Below are positions 8,377-18,574 of a stretch of 42,063 nucleotides of DNA, piece after piece. How positions within the stretch are numbered: the stretch's first letter is position 1; each line of letters begins with the position of its first letter. Below the pieces are notes generated by a model. That model worked only from the letters and a program-made list of their open reading frames with translations. It searched no databases and was not told the DNA's origin. This stretch comes from a virus, in IMG/VR virus record IMGVR_UViG_2645727538_000003. One strand, written 5' to 3'. The position numbers were made by a program, and so were the translations under genes.

Positions 8377-9918
8377 ATGACTACACCTGAACCACAGTCA
8401 TCATATGAATTTAATACAAATTTAGCACCGCTTGATTCATTGTTTTTCAATGATTTATTTAACGGCATTTCTTACGACAAAGTTAAATCATGGCTCAAAG
8501 ACCACAACATCTATAATAAACAGATCAGAGATGCCTCTAAACTACTTTATAACGCAAATGGTGTGTATAGAAATGTTATTGACTACATGGTAGCCCTCCC
8601 TACTTTAGACAGAGTTATTTTGGGATCAAGTAAAGTAGCTGATTTCAAATTGAACAAACAAAAGTTCAATCTGGCTTTAAGGAAAATCAGCGACAAAAGT
8701 GTTGTCAGGGATGCATTAGGAAAACTCAGCAAATATGGCACTGGTTGTTATTATTTTGATTCTGTAGTGAATGATTCCTTCCCGACTACTCTAAGTGACA
8801 ACGAGATCGGATCAATAACTGAATCAAATGCTATTGACGACTTTAATTGTTCTGTCCTCCCCCTTCCCCTCGATTATTGCAAAATTATCGGCAGGAAAAA
8901 TTCCTCTTATCAGTTAGCTTTTGATGTCTCCTATTTTGACAAGTTCACAAGTAACGGAAGATCGCTCAAGCTTAGACGATGGCCAGAAGAAATCAGGCAA
9001 GGCTACAGGACTTATAAGAAAGATCAAAATCGAAAATGGTTAGTTCTTGATAACAATAAAACTATCGCTGTTAAAGGAAGCAGTGACATTGAAGATCAAT
9101 GGGGACGCCCAATCGGTTTATCTGCATTTATTGATATGGTTTATGATGAATACTTTGTTGACACTAAACGGAACATTTTAGATGAGCTTAACAGTACTTT
9201 AATCTACCAGACCTTCCCTGAAGGGGATCAAAAAGGGAAATCGGCTTTATCTCAAAAGCAACAGGAGCAGCAACATGAGAATATCAAAAAAGCGTTAGTT
9301 GCTAAAGGAAGCGTTAAAGGTGTTAAGTTCTTCTCTTTGGCCTCTGGAACAAAATTAGACAAGTTAGAAACTAATGTAGATTTCTTGAAGGTTAAAGGTG
9401 AAGACGAGCTCATTAAAAGAATCACTACAAATTTAGGTTTTGCTGGTTCTGCTCTTAACGGGCAAGATGGTAACTACTCTTCTCAACAAACCAATATCGA
9501 GATGGTTTCTTCCCAAATATTCTCCTGGTTAGAACAAATTCAAAGTGAGTTTAACAAGGTGATAAACGCAAATATCATCAAAGATCCTCGCTCTTATATT
9601 GAGGTTTACTACCTACCTCTTACCCACGTTAACAGGAAAGAAAAAGTCCAAAACATGAAAGACCTTTACACAAGTGGTCGAGGCAGCCTTATTGCTTGGA
9701 TAGCCGCTACTGGATGGAATCCTGATGCTTACTTATCCCTAATGGAATATGAAAAAGACGAAGGTTTTGATGAAAAATTCCCTGTTCATGCGACCTCTTT
9801 CACAATGAGTAAGAATAACGATAAGTCAGCCGGCGCACCTGAGATCGATAATCCGAAAAATGAAAACACGATTAAATCGAAGACAAATAACAGTAACGGA
9901 ACGCCTTCTGGCTCTTGA
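8377..9918 (+). CDS. yonE: Portal protein
   Basis: 513 aa, follows terL; WGRP motif; synteny. Confidence 0.8.
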   Translation: MTTPEPQSSYEFNTNLAPLDSLFFNDLFNGISYDKVKSWLKDHNIYNKQIRDASKLLYNANGVYRNVIDYMVALPTLDRVILGSSKVADFKLNKQKFNLALRKISDKSVVRDALGKLSKYGTGCYYFDSVVNDSFPTTLSDNEIGSITESNAIDDFNCSVLPLPLDYCKIIGRKNSSYQLAFDVSYFDKFTSNGRSLKLRRWPEEIRQGYRTYKKDQNRKWLVLDNNKTIAVKGSSDIEDQWGRPIGLSAFIDMVYDEYFVDTKRNILDELNSTLIYQTFPEGDQKGKSALSQKQQEQQHENIKKALVAKGSVKGVKFFSLASGTKLDKLETNVDFLKVKGEDELIKRITTNLGFAGSALNGQDGNYSSQQTNIEMVSSQIFSWLEQIQSEFNKVINANIIKDPRSYIEVYYLPLTHVNRKEKVQNMKDLYTSGRGSLIAWIAATGWNPDAYLSLMEYEKDEGFDEKFPVHATSFTMSKNNDKSAGAPEIDNPKNENTIKSKTNNSNGTPSGS

Positions 9919-9935
9919 GAGGAGGTGATTAGTAT

Positions 9936-11090
9936 TTGAAAAGCACGATTTTAGAAATTAACAATCAGAAAAAAACCAGTGGTCAAACATACATCAAGTG
10001 GGTCGTTCTTGAAATTCATGAAAACAATACTCAGTTTAACAAGAATGGCATTACCTGGCTGGAGAAATACATAAACGCTAACCTTGAATCAATCAAGTTA
10101 ATGCCAATTTGCGCAGAGTTCTTGGATGATGAAAACAGTGAGCCATTCGGACACGGGTTAACAGAAGTCAAGGACGGTACCCCTCTCTTTGAAAACAGCG
10201 CAGTAGTTGGTACGACTACCAATGCTTACATTGACACTATAGATGTTAATGGTGAGCCAAAAAGAGTGTTAATAGCCGAAGGCTTCCTATACAACCAGCG
10301 CTACCCTAAATTTGTTCAATGGTTAAAATCAAAAATGTTTGATGGCGATTTCCCTGAAACCTCGGTTGAGATAGCAGCTGTAGAAGGTTCAGATGCAATT
10401 GAATATGAAGGTGGTTGGAAAGAGCAAGGGCGTATACCTATGAAGTTTGACTTTACAGGTGATGCAATTTTAGGTATCGATCCTGCAGATGATGCTGCCA
10501 TTTTACTTGAATTAAACAGTAACAAAAAGGAGGATAATTTAATGTCAAAATCTCAAGAAGAAGTAGTCCTTGAGTTAAACAACAAACTTGATAATAAGAA
10601 TAAAGAAATTGGAGAGTTAAATCAAAAAGTTGAGAAACTTACTGAGGACTTAAAGCAAAAAACTGAAGAACTGAATGCCGCTGTTAAAGCTGCAAAGGAT
10701 GAAAAAGCTAAGGCTGATGCAAAAGAAAAAGAAGCGCAAAAAGCTAAGGATGAAAAAGCCAAGGCAGATGAAGAGCTTAATTCCCTAAAGGAATTCAAAA
10801 ACAAGGCGGTAGCCGAAAAGATGCAAGGAGAGCTTAACCAAGCTTTAAAGGAATATTCTCCTGAAGAAAAGGATGTCGCAAAAGAGAAAATTGAAATGTT
10901 CTCTAAGTCTCCTTCTGTCGAGCTTAAAAACGAAATTATTTCTGAAATCAACTCAGCAATCGCTCGATCCTTCATCGCTGAACGCTCAAAGAAGCAAGCC
11001 TCTGAGACTAATAGCACAAATTTCGATATTTATTCAGAAGTTCGTGATTCTGGGCAACAAAGTTCAGTGACTATTGATGATCTTTATTAA
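9936..11090 (+). CDS. yonD: Prohead protease / scaffold fusion
   Basis: Globular N-domain (NKNG, GHG, ETSVEI, FTGDAILG) plus long coiled-coil C-terminus; between portal and capsid genes. Confidence 0.7.
   Translation: MKSTILEINNQKKTSGQTYIKWVVLEIHENNTQFNKNGITWLEKYINANLESIKLMPICAEFLDDENSEPFGHGLTEVKDGTPLFENSAVVGTTTNAYIDTIDVNGEPKRVLIAEGFLYNQRYPKFVQWLKSKMFDGDFPETSVEIAAVEGSDAIEYEGGWKEQGRIPMKFDFTGDAILGIDPADDAAILLELNSNKKEDNLMSKSQEEVVLELNNKLDNKNKEIGELNQKVEKLTEDLKQKTEELNAAVKAAKDEKAKADAKEKEAQKAKDEKAKADEELNSLKEFKNKAVAEKMQGELNQALKEYSPEEKDVAKEKIEMFSKSPSVELKNEIISEINSAIARSFIAERSKKQASETNSTNFDIYSEVRDSGQQSSVTIDDLY
10542..11090 (+). CDS. Nested in-frame scaffolding protein (182 aa) from an internal start
   Basis: AAGGAGG at 10527-10533, 8 nt before in-frame ATG 10542, at the domain boundary. 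Confidence 0.6.
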   Translation: MSKSQEEVVLELNNKLDNKNKEIGELNQKVEKLTEDLKQKTEELNAAVKAAKDEKAKADAKEKEAQKAKDEKAKADEELNSLKEFKNKAVAEKMQGELNQALKEYSPEEKDVAKEKIEMFSKSPSVELKNEIISEINSAIARSFIAERSKKQASETNSTNFDIYSEVRDSGQQSSVTIDDLY

Positions 11091-11091
11091 G

Positions 11092-11109
11092 ATAAAATAA
11101 CACTTTTAT
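11092..11109. repeat. ATAAAA-N6-TTTTAT palindromic site
   Basis: ATAAAA taacac TTTTAT. Confidence 0.7.
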
Positions 11110-11130
11110 AAAATTTAGGAGGAATACTCA

Positions 11131-11595
11131 ATGTTCAAATTCGGAACAATTGGTGCTTATAAACAAGTACGAAATAATCCACGTTGCAAGGCTAGTGTCG
11201 ATTTAGTCCCTGGTCTAGTCGTAATCCCTAACGATTCTTCTGGTAACGCATTCCCTCCAGGTGCATCTTCAACTGCAAAAGGTGATGTGTATGTTGTTGG
11301 AAACATTATTGATAAACCTGAAATTCGCAATAAAGAAGACTTCAAAGTTCTAAAAGGTGAATATGTCCTTGCTTTTAATTTAGCTGACTTAAAAGGACTG
11401 CCAATTGAACTTAGCTCAGACGTAGTAGTTGATTATGATGCGCTTGTTAAAGATGACGTATTGGTTCCTGCTGCAGACAAATCAGGTAAATGGGTTAAAG
11501 CTGGAGATGACGTTGCAGAGTTTAAAGTATCTCTAAAAGTCTTAGAGAAAAATACATTTGGCGGAAAAGGTTTGTACCTAACAGTACAGGCTTAA
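11131..11595 (+). CDS. yonC: Capsid decoration / head structural protein
   Basis: 154 aa, beta-rich; strong RBS; directly before the capsid gene. Confidence 0.6.
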   Translation: MFKFGTIGAYKQVRNNPRCKASVDLVPGLVVIPNDSSGNAFPPGASSTAKGDVYVVGNIIDKPEIRNKEDFKVLKGEYVLAFNLADLKGLPIELSSDVVVDYDALVKDDVLVPAADKSGKWVKAGDDVAEFKVSLKVLEKNTFGGKGLYLTVQA

Positions 11596-11618
11596 TTATA
11601 TTCTGGAGGTAATTATTA

Positions 11619-12725
11619 ATGTTTACAGTTGAATTAAACAATGTTCAAAAAGACTCAAACCATTATGCAAATGCTAAATTGAATGCTAAGTCCCCTATTG
11701 TAGAAATCTTTTCTGCAGCTGCAACAGGTCAAGATCTTTCCAAGTTTGGAGCAAAAGCCAATGCTGCTATGACCCATGTGAAGGAACTAGCTTCCAAAGC
11801 TCTTATGGGCAACCCTGTAGCTAAAGCCGAGATCAACACAATTGTGCGTTATGCCATTGAGCCTAAGCTTATTTCAGCAATTAAGCTATTTGATTTTATG
11901 GGCACATTTAGAACTATCGGCTATGATCAGCAACCAATGATGACATCATACGCGCATGAATCCATCCGAAGCCAATTCCAAGCTTCCCGTGGTGACGTAC
12001 CGTTCGCTACTACAACTTGGAGCGAATACCCGATTGGAACTCAAACCATTTCTTCTGGCTATGCTGTTAACTATCGTGAGATTCAAAGTGGAAACCTCGA
12101 TAAAGTAGCAGAAGGCATGGAGCAAGTTCAAACAGATATGATGAACAAAGCGATGTACTATGTAGTAAATGAAATGTTCAATGCAATTAAAAATGCAACA
12201 GGTGTTAAATACTTTGCTGAAACTGAAGGTATCACCAAATCATCTGTAGACGATATTATCACAAAGATTCGCCGATTTGGACAACCTTCTATTGTTGGTG
12301 ACTTTTCTGTTGTTTCTCAGTTAAATGACTTTGCAGGGTTCCAGGCTGTAACCGGAGATGCTTCAAGCACTAAACTCCCTCAGTCTGTTATGGATGAAAT
12401 CCGAAGAACAGGATTACTTAACACTTATAAAGGTTCTTCTGTTGTAGAATTACCTAATGCTTATAATCTAACTGAATTAAATAAAGCCGGCGATAACTTC
12501 AAAACATATCTTCCTGAAGGACTTCTCTTCTTCATTCCTCAAGGTAAAAAGTCTCCTCTTCAAGTTTTCCAAAAAGGCGGACTCACATCGATGAATGGTA
12601 ACGACATTATCACTGGAACTGAAATCACTCGTTTTGATATGGAAATTGGAGCTGGTGTAGCCAAAGGACAAGAACATCAAATTGGTCTCATCAGAGACAC
12701 AAAATATGAATTACCACAAATTTAA
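11619..12725 (+). CDS. yonB: Major capsid protein
   Basis: 368 aa; position; strong RBS; followed by a terminator. Confidence 0.8.
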   Translation: MFTVELNNVQKDSNHYANAKLNAKSPIVEIFSAAATGQDLSKFGAKANAAMTHVKELASKALMGNPVAKAEINTIVRYAIEPKLISAIKLFDFMGTFRTIGYDQQPMMTSYAHESIRSQFQASRGDVPFATTTWSEYPIGTQTISSGYAVNYREIQSGNLDKVAEGMEQVQTDMMNKAMYYVVNEMFNAIKNATGVKYFAETEGITKSSVDDIITKIRRFGQPSIVGDFSVVSQLNDFAGFQAVTGDASSTKLPQSVMDEIRRTGLLNTYKGSSVVELPNAYNLTELNKAGDNFKTYLPEGLLFFIPQGKKSPLQVFQKGGLTSMNGNDIITGTEITRFDMEIGAGVAKGQEHQIGLIRDTKYELPQI

Positions 12726-12739
12726 ACAATTTAAAATTT

Positions 12740-12768
12740 AGGAGGGCTGTATCCCTCCTTTTATTTTT
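12740..12768 (+). terminator. Intrinsic terminator after the capsid gene
   Basis: AGGAGGG-ctgtat-CCCTCCT + TTTATTTTT. Confidence 0.75.
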
Positions 12769-12779
12769 GGAGGGATTAC

Positions 12780-13253
12780 ATGTCTTTTAATTTAGATAAA
12801 AAGATTACAATTAAAAATTTATGTCCATGGGATTTATATTTCCGAAAGATTGACTCTCACGGTGACTTCAGATTGCCGGCCAATGGAATTAGACAGATCA
12901 CAGCTGGGGAAGTGCAATCCCAAGTCTATGACAATACCTCACTATTTACTGGAACTGACGGTCAAGGTACTCATGCCAAAATCTATATTGATGACAAAGA
13001 AACCCGTGTGCACTTAGGTTTTGAGACCGAAGATAAAGACGACAAACAAGAAATTGTTACTGTAGAACGAATTAAACAAATCTTGGGATACAAAACCCAA
13101 AAAGCCTTCGAAGAAAATGTTCAAAAGGAAATCTTACTTGAGTCTGAAAAAGCTCAGCTGTTTGATGTAGCTAAAAAAGAAAAGATTAATGATTACGCTA
13201 AGATTAAGTTCATTGAAGAATACACTGGATTTAAATTTGATACTCAATCCTAA
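12780..13253 (+). CDS. yonA: Phage head-associated protein
   Basis: 157 aa; synteny. Confidence 0.6.
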   Translation: MSFNLDKKITIKNLCPWDLYFRKIDSHGDFRLPANGIRQITAGEVQSQVYDNTSLFTGTDGQGTHAKIYIDDKETRVHLGFETEDKDDKQEIVTVERIKQILGYKTQKAFEENVQKEILLESEKAQLFDVAKKEKINDYAKIKFIEEYTGFKFDTQS

Positions 13254-13265
13254 GGGGGTTAAATC

Positions 13266-13652
13266 TTGACTCCTTATGAGAAAGTAATTAACGTTTTCCA
13301 CTCAATGTTTCAATCAAATGAAATTCTCCCCGATGGACTTGAGCAGCAATTTTTCACTAACGCCGTAGGTGAATATGAAACTGAACTAACGGAACTTGGC
13401 TTTGATGAAGAGTCCAATACATTTAAAGATCCACTCACATCTCCTCAAATTCAGATTTTAGGAATGCTCATGTATAAAGGCTATCTTGGAAGATACCGTG
13501 ATAGAGCCTTAAAATTAAATAATGTTGTGGGTCGAGATATTCAATTGACGGGGTTAGCAAATACAAAAGCTCAAGTTAACAGAGCATACGAAGACCTAAT
13601 CGATGATATCGAAAAAAAGTTGAGTAAATTAAAAATGAATAACTTTGATTGA
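13266..13652 (+). CDS. yomZ: Putative head-tail adaptor
   Basis: 128 aa helical protein (MTPYEKV..F); synteny. Confidence 0.6.
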   Translation: MTPYEKVINVFHSMFQSNEILPDGLEQQFFTNAVGEYETELTELGFDEESNTFKDPLTSPQIQILGMLMYKGYLGRYRDRALKLNNVVGRDIQLTGLANTKAQVNRAYEDLIDDIEKKLSKLKMNNFD

Positions 13653-13661
13653 GGTGATTAG

Positions 13662-14327
13662 ATGTCTATAGATTGGTATCTAACCTCTTCTTCAAATTAT
13701 TTGAGTGGCTGGGAAAACGAAGAGTTTAATTCAAACAAGTATGAAATTTTCAAAGAAATCTTAGCAAATTCACCTGAAACTTACGACATTGAATTAAATG
13801 GCAAGCCTGAACAGGTGATAATTCAAACCACTCAGGACAGTGAAACAAAAAAAGTCCTTACAGTTTTAGGCTTATTAAATCGAGGAGACTTGATTTTCTA
13901 TGACGGTAGTTACTGGTTAGTTAATTCGCGCCCTACTGATAACAAAATGAATGACAGTGCTACTATGCGGCTTTGCAATTCATCAATCAGTCTAACATCT
14001 TCTGATAAACTAATTGATTCCGGAAAAATTGATGAAGTCACAGGTAGACCGATAAAGATTATAGTGCCTGGTGAGAAGGTTGACATCCCGTGTGTATTAG
14101 AACGAACAACCTCAACAATTGGATCAGAATTGGCTATAAACATTCCTGAAGGGCAAGCACATGTCACCATCCCTTTTTTAAAACATGAAAAATTAAAGAA
14201 GGGTCTTTTTCTTTCTTTTTATGGTGAGGAATTCCGTGTTGATGATATAGACTATTCCAAGGTCTATGGAGACACCGGAACAATTAGACTTATAGCCAAA
14301 AAGAAAGTTGGAGGTGATAGCGATTGA
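13662..14327 (+). CDS. yomX: Putative head closure/stopper protein
   Basis: 221 aa beta-rich (RGD.I.Y....WLV...MRLCN); synteny. Confidence 0.55.
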   Translation: MSIDWYLTSSSNYLSGWENEEFNSNKYEIFKEILANSPETYDIELNGKPEQVIIQTTQDSETKKVLTVLGLLNRGDLIFYDGSYWLVNSRPTDNKMNDSATMRLCNSSISLTSSDKLIDSGKIDEVTGRPIKIIVPGEKVDIPCVLERTTSTIGSELAINIPEGQAHVTIPFLKHEKLKKGLFLSFYGEEFRVDDIDYSKVYGDTGTIRLIAKKKVGGDSD

Positions 14328-14830
14328 GTATGATGGTTGAACATATGACAACTGTATTTAGAACTATTATGAATGATACAGAATTGAATCGTCTTTTATA
14401 TTATAAAGATGACCCTCTCTCCTCTTCTCTCCCTGATGTTCAGACGTTGGAAAATTATTATGATCCAGTTGATGATTCCCCATCAATATTAAGCTCAATA
14501 ATTAAACGTGCTCCCAAAACTGATGATTTAACCGATCAACCAATATGCAGACTTTGTGTTTATCTCGGCAATGGAATCCCTAAACCCTCAACCCAAAGTG
14601 TGATGCTGCTAGATCAAGACTTGATGATTGATGTTTATACACACATTAACACTTATGAGGAGACCGAATTCAGGAACCTGAAAATTACTGATCGTATTTG
14701 TGACATGCTCTTCAATCAAAATTTTGCTGGCATCGGTAAAAATGTTAAATATACAAGGTTGCTCATATCAAATGCGCCTGAAGGGTACTTGGGATACAAA
14801 TTGATATTCACTTTCGGAGCAAGTAAATGA
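14324..14830 (+). CDS. yomW: Putative tail terminator/completion protein
   Basis: 168 aa; IDVYTH...RI..M pattern; synteny. Confidence 0.6.
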   Translation: MSMMVEHMTTVFRTIMNDTELNRLLYYKDDPLSSSLPDVQTLENYYDPVDDSPSILSSIIKRAPKTDDLTDQPICRLCVYLGNGIPKPSTQSVMLLDQDLMIDVYTHINTYEETEFRNLKITDRICDMLFNQNFAGIGKNVKYTRLLISNAPEGYLGYKLIFTFGASK

Positions 14831-15537
14831 ATGTGTTAAAGGATTTTTTCTTTTTAGGAAGGCCTATTAATACTGAAGTCGGTGCAATAAACTTTATCCA
14901 CTTAAGAGATTACCCAGAGTACATAAGCGAGCTAAATATGATGAAAATGAGCAAGAAGGAAATCATCAGAAACTTTTCAAAAATCAACAATGACGGTTCA
15001 TTAAATGATTTAATTATCGAATTGAAGAAGAATAGTCTCTTCAAAATTGTTCATGATTACTTACCCGAATTTAACCAGGCTTATTTTAAAGTGTTTAGCA
15101 AAGTATTTGTGGACAAGGAATCACTACATCTTATTGATCAGAGAGCATTTAACAATGTTAGAAAATTGATATTAGAGATGCATTGCCTGACTGAAGAGAA
15201 AATTGTTGAGAATGATGAATTACAGGAGTTTCATGATTTGAATAATCAATTAAAACTCCAAAATTCTCAAAATGATTTAAAGGACATCGCTAGCTGTGTG
15301 GCTGCATTTAATGGATACACATATCAAGAGGTAGCCGATATGACAATTTATCAATTGTACCTGTCATATTACAGAATGGGTGAAATAATGAATTATAACA
15401 CTTCTGCGTTATTTGCCACTGTATCAACTGATGTGAAAATCGGTGACTGGAATAGTCATGTTGATATGTATAGAGAAGAAAAACACCACCTCAGTACAGC
15501 AGATGCTAAAAATTTAGAGCAATTATTCGGAGACTGA
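14827..15537 (+). CDS. yomV: Phage tail-module protein
   Basis: 236 aa; MTIYQ motif; synteny. Confidence 0.6.
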   Translation: MNVLKDFFFLGRPINTEVGAINFIHLRDYPEYISELNMMKMSKKEIIRNFSKINNDGSLNDLIIELKKNSLFKIVHDYLPEFNQAYFKVFSKVFVDKESLHLIDQRAFNNVRKLILEMHCLTEEKIVENDELQEFHDLNNQLKLQNSQNDLKDIASCVAAFNGYTYQEVADMTIYQLYLSYYRMGEIMNYNTSALFATVSTDVKIGDWNSHVDMYREEKHHLSTADAKNLEQLFGD

Positions 15538-15577
15538 TTCACAGTCTCTTTTTCATTTTAAATTAGGAGGAAAACAC

Positions 15578-16381
15578 TTGGCAAAACAAACAGTTATCCA
15601 TGAAGTTGGCAAGGTGCTAACCAAAAGACTTAGTGACCACAAGGTTGTTGCATCTTCTGTAACACAAATGACTCAGTTCTCCCAACAAGTCCAACAAGAC
15701 TTTTTAAAAGGCGGATGGGGAAATAGAGACCTGTATGTCATCAACTCAAGCAAAGAGGTTTCAGGCAACGTAAAAAATGCTTTCTTTGATCTTGATTTTA
15801 TGGCAATGCAGCAAGGTGTAAAAATTGAAAACGAGACGATTTCTGTATGGGAAGATGAAAGTCTTACTGTAAGTGATACCGGCACAATCAAAATCGCGTA
15901 TACTCCTTTATCCAAAGTCTCACTTACAAATGAAGACGGAGATCAACAAGAATTTAATGTTTCAGACAAAACAATTACTGTTCCTGAAACGTTTGCTGCT
16001 AAAGGGAACGCTGTAACAGCTCACTATCAAATTGAAGTTGATGCAGAAACAGTTGAAATTAGTGGTGAAAAATTCTCCGAGAACTATTACTTCGAAATCC
16101 ACACACTTGAGTACGATCCAAAGACATCAAGAATTTACAGTGACCTTTATATCCAGTTACCTAAAGTTAATTTCTCTGGTGAAGCAGACATGTCCTTAGA
16201 GGCTGGACAAGCCTACACACCTGAAATTGGATACCGAGCATTAGCTGATGATAATGGCAAGATCGGTACTTTTGCCCGTGTTAAGCGTAACCCTGATGGG
16301 ACAAAAGGAATTAAAACTGAACAAGAAGATGCGACATCGAATAGCAGTGTAGACATTGGAACAACGCAAGAAACAAAATAA
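15578..16381 (+). CDS. yomU: Major tail tube protein
   Basis: 267 aa; strong RBS AGGAGG; GGWGN motif; synteny. Confidence 0.7.
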   Translation: MAKQTVIHEVGKVLTKRLSDHKVVASSVTQMTQFSQQVQQDFLKGGWGNRDLYVINSSKEVSGNVKNAFFDLDFMAMQQGVKIENETISVWEDESLTVSDTGTIKIAYTPLSKVSLTNEDGDQQEFNVSDKTITVPETFAAKGNAVTAHYQIEVDAETVEISGEKFSENYYFEIHTLEYDPKTSRIYSDLYIQLPKVNFSGEADMSLEAGQAYTPEIGYRALADDNGKIGTFARVKRNPDGTKGIKTEQEDATSNSSVDIGTTQETK

Positions 16382-16399
16382 CGTTAGGAGCTTGATATC

Positions 16400-16798
16400 T
16401 TGGCACTTTTAAACAAAGACGGAGACATTTACACTTCAGCTAGAGACGATGGAACTGGTAAACCAATCACCGATATTCATCTAAAATCACAAGAAAAACC
16501 ACTACAAGTTGACTTTCCTCAAGCTGGTTTCTCCTCTTTTAAAACGGATAAATTCACTGTTACTTCAACAGCTCAAAAAGTTACCGCAGGTATCACTGAC
16601 AGAACAGCACTTACTATTTACCCACCTGCAGAAGGCACGATTTACATTGGGAACTCAACTGTAACTGCTGATACAGGTATCCCATTAACAGCCGGTGACA
16701 AACCTTTTTCAGTTCCTGTCGCCGCTGGTAAAACACTTTATGTCTATGTGATCAATGACGGTACTGACAGAGACGTAAGAGTATTTGAAGCTAAATAA
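16400..16798 (+). CDS. Small beta-sandwich structural protein (tail decoration?)
   Basis: 132 aa, Thr/Val rich; own RBS AGGAG; followed by hairpin 16802-16826. Confidence 0.6.
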   Translation: MALLNKDGDIYTSARDDGTGKPITDIHLKSQEKPLQVDFPQAGFSSFKTDKFTVTSTAQKVTAGITDRTALTIYPPAEGTIYIGNSTVTADTGIPLTAGDKPFSVPVAAGKTLYVYVINDGTDRDVRVFEAK

Positions 16799-16829
16799 TT
16801 TGAGGGGATTCTTCCCCTCTCCTTTTTAA

Positions 16830-16847
16830 ATAAAAGTCAGTTTTTAA
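16830..16847. repeat. ATAAAA-N6-TTTTA(A) palindromic site
   Basis: ATAAAA gtcagt TTTTAA. Confidence 0.6.
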
Positions 16848-16869
16848 ACAGACTTAGGAGGTGGAGTTG

Positions 16870-17226
16870 TTGACAGAAACCGATGAAAATATTTTAAAAA
16901 CCATTCCAGATAAAGCAACCTTTACATTCCACGAAGCAACAACTGCCCCGTCTGAAGGTGAAGAATTTGTAGTATCACATTATCGGGATATTACTGTTAA
17001 GATCTCTGGTTCCTCAACTTCAAGAGAAATAAAATTCTTTGCCGTAGATGAAAATGGTGAAAAGACAGAAATTGCTGGAACAAACAAAACTGATTTTCAA
17101 TTAGGTACGGGCACATTGAATACAAATGAAAACTGGGATTTCGATATTGCGGGGCTTTTCAAATTCATGGTTGAGGTCATTTCCGTAAATGGAGATGTTA
17201 CGGTTAAAGGAATTGCGGTGAGTTAA
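16870..17226 (+). CDS. yomS: YomS (XepA-related beta-sandwich protein)
   Basis: TTG 16870 gives 118 aa MTETDENILK...; RBS GGAGGTG; synteny. Confidence 0.75.
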   Translation: MTETDENILKTIPDKATFTFHEATTAPSEGEEFVVSHYRDITVKISGSSTSREIKFFAVDENGEKTEIAGTNKTDFQLGTGTLNTNENWDFDIAGLFKFMVEVISVNGDVTVKGIAVS

Positions 17227-18560
17227 TGAGTAGCAGTAAATTTGTAGGTCAGCTCAAACAAAACAATATACAAATCAATAACCTTAAAGATCAATTTTTC
17301 AGAACTGAATCTCATATGTCTGATCATGAAAAACGTTTATCTGACAAAGTCGATGAGTTCATGGAAAAGCAAAATTCGGAATTAAAGTCGCATACTCAGA
17401 ATACAGAAAACCCGCACAAAGTGACTAAAGAGCAAGTCGGATTATCAAATGTACTTAATGAAGAGCAAGCCACAAAAGTTGCTTTTGATGACCATCTTAA
17501 TGATAAGAAAAATCCTCATGCAGTTACTAAAAGCCAAGTTGGTTTGTCTAAGGTTGATAATGTTCAACAAGCAGCAAAAATTGATTTTGACGCTCACGAT
17601 GCAGACCTCGATCGACATATCACAAAGGATGAGCGCAGTTATTGGAACAGCTCTGATGAAAGGTCAAAGTCTTTCTTAGCTGAACATACTAACGATCAAT
17701 CAAACCCACACAAGGTAACTGCTGAACAGGTTGGACTTGGGAATGTAGACAATGTAAAACAAGCTACTAAAAGTGACTTTGATAATCATCTGAATGACAC
17801 TAATGTCCATATCAACAAATCTGATCGAGATAGATGGGACGCTGCTCAACTTTTCAAACTCACTGCCGATGATGGGAAAGTATTCTACAAAGGTAGCTCC
17901 GAAAAAACGGAGTACAATGATTTGATTAACACTGGATTTTATTTAATCGCAAACCAGGGGCTTCACTCCCCTGCCAACTTATCCAATGTCTATTTAGCTG
18001 TCATGAACTATGGAACTACAATTGCACAATTTGCATTAGAAGCGTATTACGGAACACATACTTATTTCCGTTTTAGAAAAAGTGATTCAACTTGGACTTC
18101 ATGGCAAACACACGAAACGACTGACGGAGCACAAGCTAGAGCTACTACCGCACTCAACTCAGCGAAAGCCTACACCGATGCCCACGAAGCAAAAACTGAT
18201 ATTCACGTTACTTTAGATGACAAAGCTAGATGGAGTGGTACATCAGGTTCTTGGAACCCAGTCACACTTATTAATGGAGCTACACAATACTCCACTTACC
18301 CTTTCAAATTCTCAAGTGTAAATAACGTGCTATGGCTAAGAGGATCTTTCGGAACATTGCCGGCCATTGGAACTGCAGTTGCTAAATTCTCAACCAAGCC
18401 AACACAGCTGGTGGATTTTGTAGTACCCACAATTGGATCATATGGAACAGCGAGATTTGCCTTCACAACAGATGGAGATTTACGTTTTGACGGATTGTAC
18501 GCTAATGACATTAACAGTGTTTCCAGAGTTTCATTTAATATAGGAATTCCTTTATGGTAG
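17226..18560 (+). CDS. yomR: Tail fibre protein with NPHxVTxxQVGLxNV repeats and knob domain
   Basis: Three NPH(K/A)VT..QVGL repeats; TGFY...WTSW knob-like segment. Confidence 0.75.
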   Translation: MSSSKFVGQLKQNNIQINNLKDQFFRTESHMSDHEKRLSDKVDEFMEKQNSELKSHTQNTENPHKVTKEQVGLSNVLNEEQATKVAFDDHLNDKKNPHAVTKSQVGLSKVDNVQQAAKIDFDAHDADLDRHITKDERSYWNSSDERSKSFLAEHTNDQSNPHKVTAEQVGLGNVDNVKQATKSDFDNHLNDTNVHINKSDRDRWDAAQLFKLTADDGKVFYKGSSEKTEYNDLINTGFYLIANQGLHSPANLSNVYLAVMNYGTTIAQFALEAYYGTHTYFRFRKSDSTWTSWQTHETTDGAQARATTALNSAKAYTDAHEAKTDIHVTLDDKARWSGTSGSWNPVTLINGATQYSTYPFKFSSVNNVLWLRGSFGTLPAIGTAVAKFSTKPTQLVDFVVPTIGSYGTARFAFTTDGDLRFDGLYANDINSVSRVSFNIGIPLW

Positions 18561-18574
18561 TAGGTGAAAATATT

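Noticed and set aside
16280-16400. Programmed frameshift fusing the tail tube protein to the next ORF (SPP1 gp17.1*-like)
   Set aside because: No in-frame CCC-TAA or clear slippery site at the stop; the downstream ORF has its own RBS
17390-17800. Repeats in yomR as a CRISPR array or DGR template
   Set aside because: Degenerate protein-level fibre repeats; no identical DNA repeats with spacers, and no cas or reverse transcriptase gene in the window
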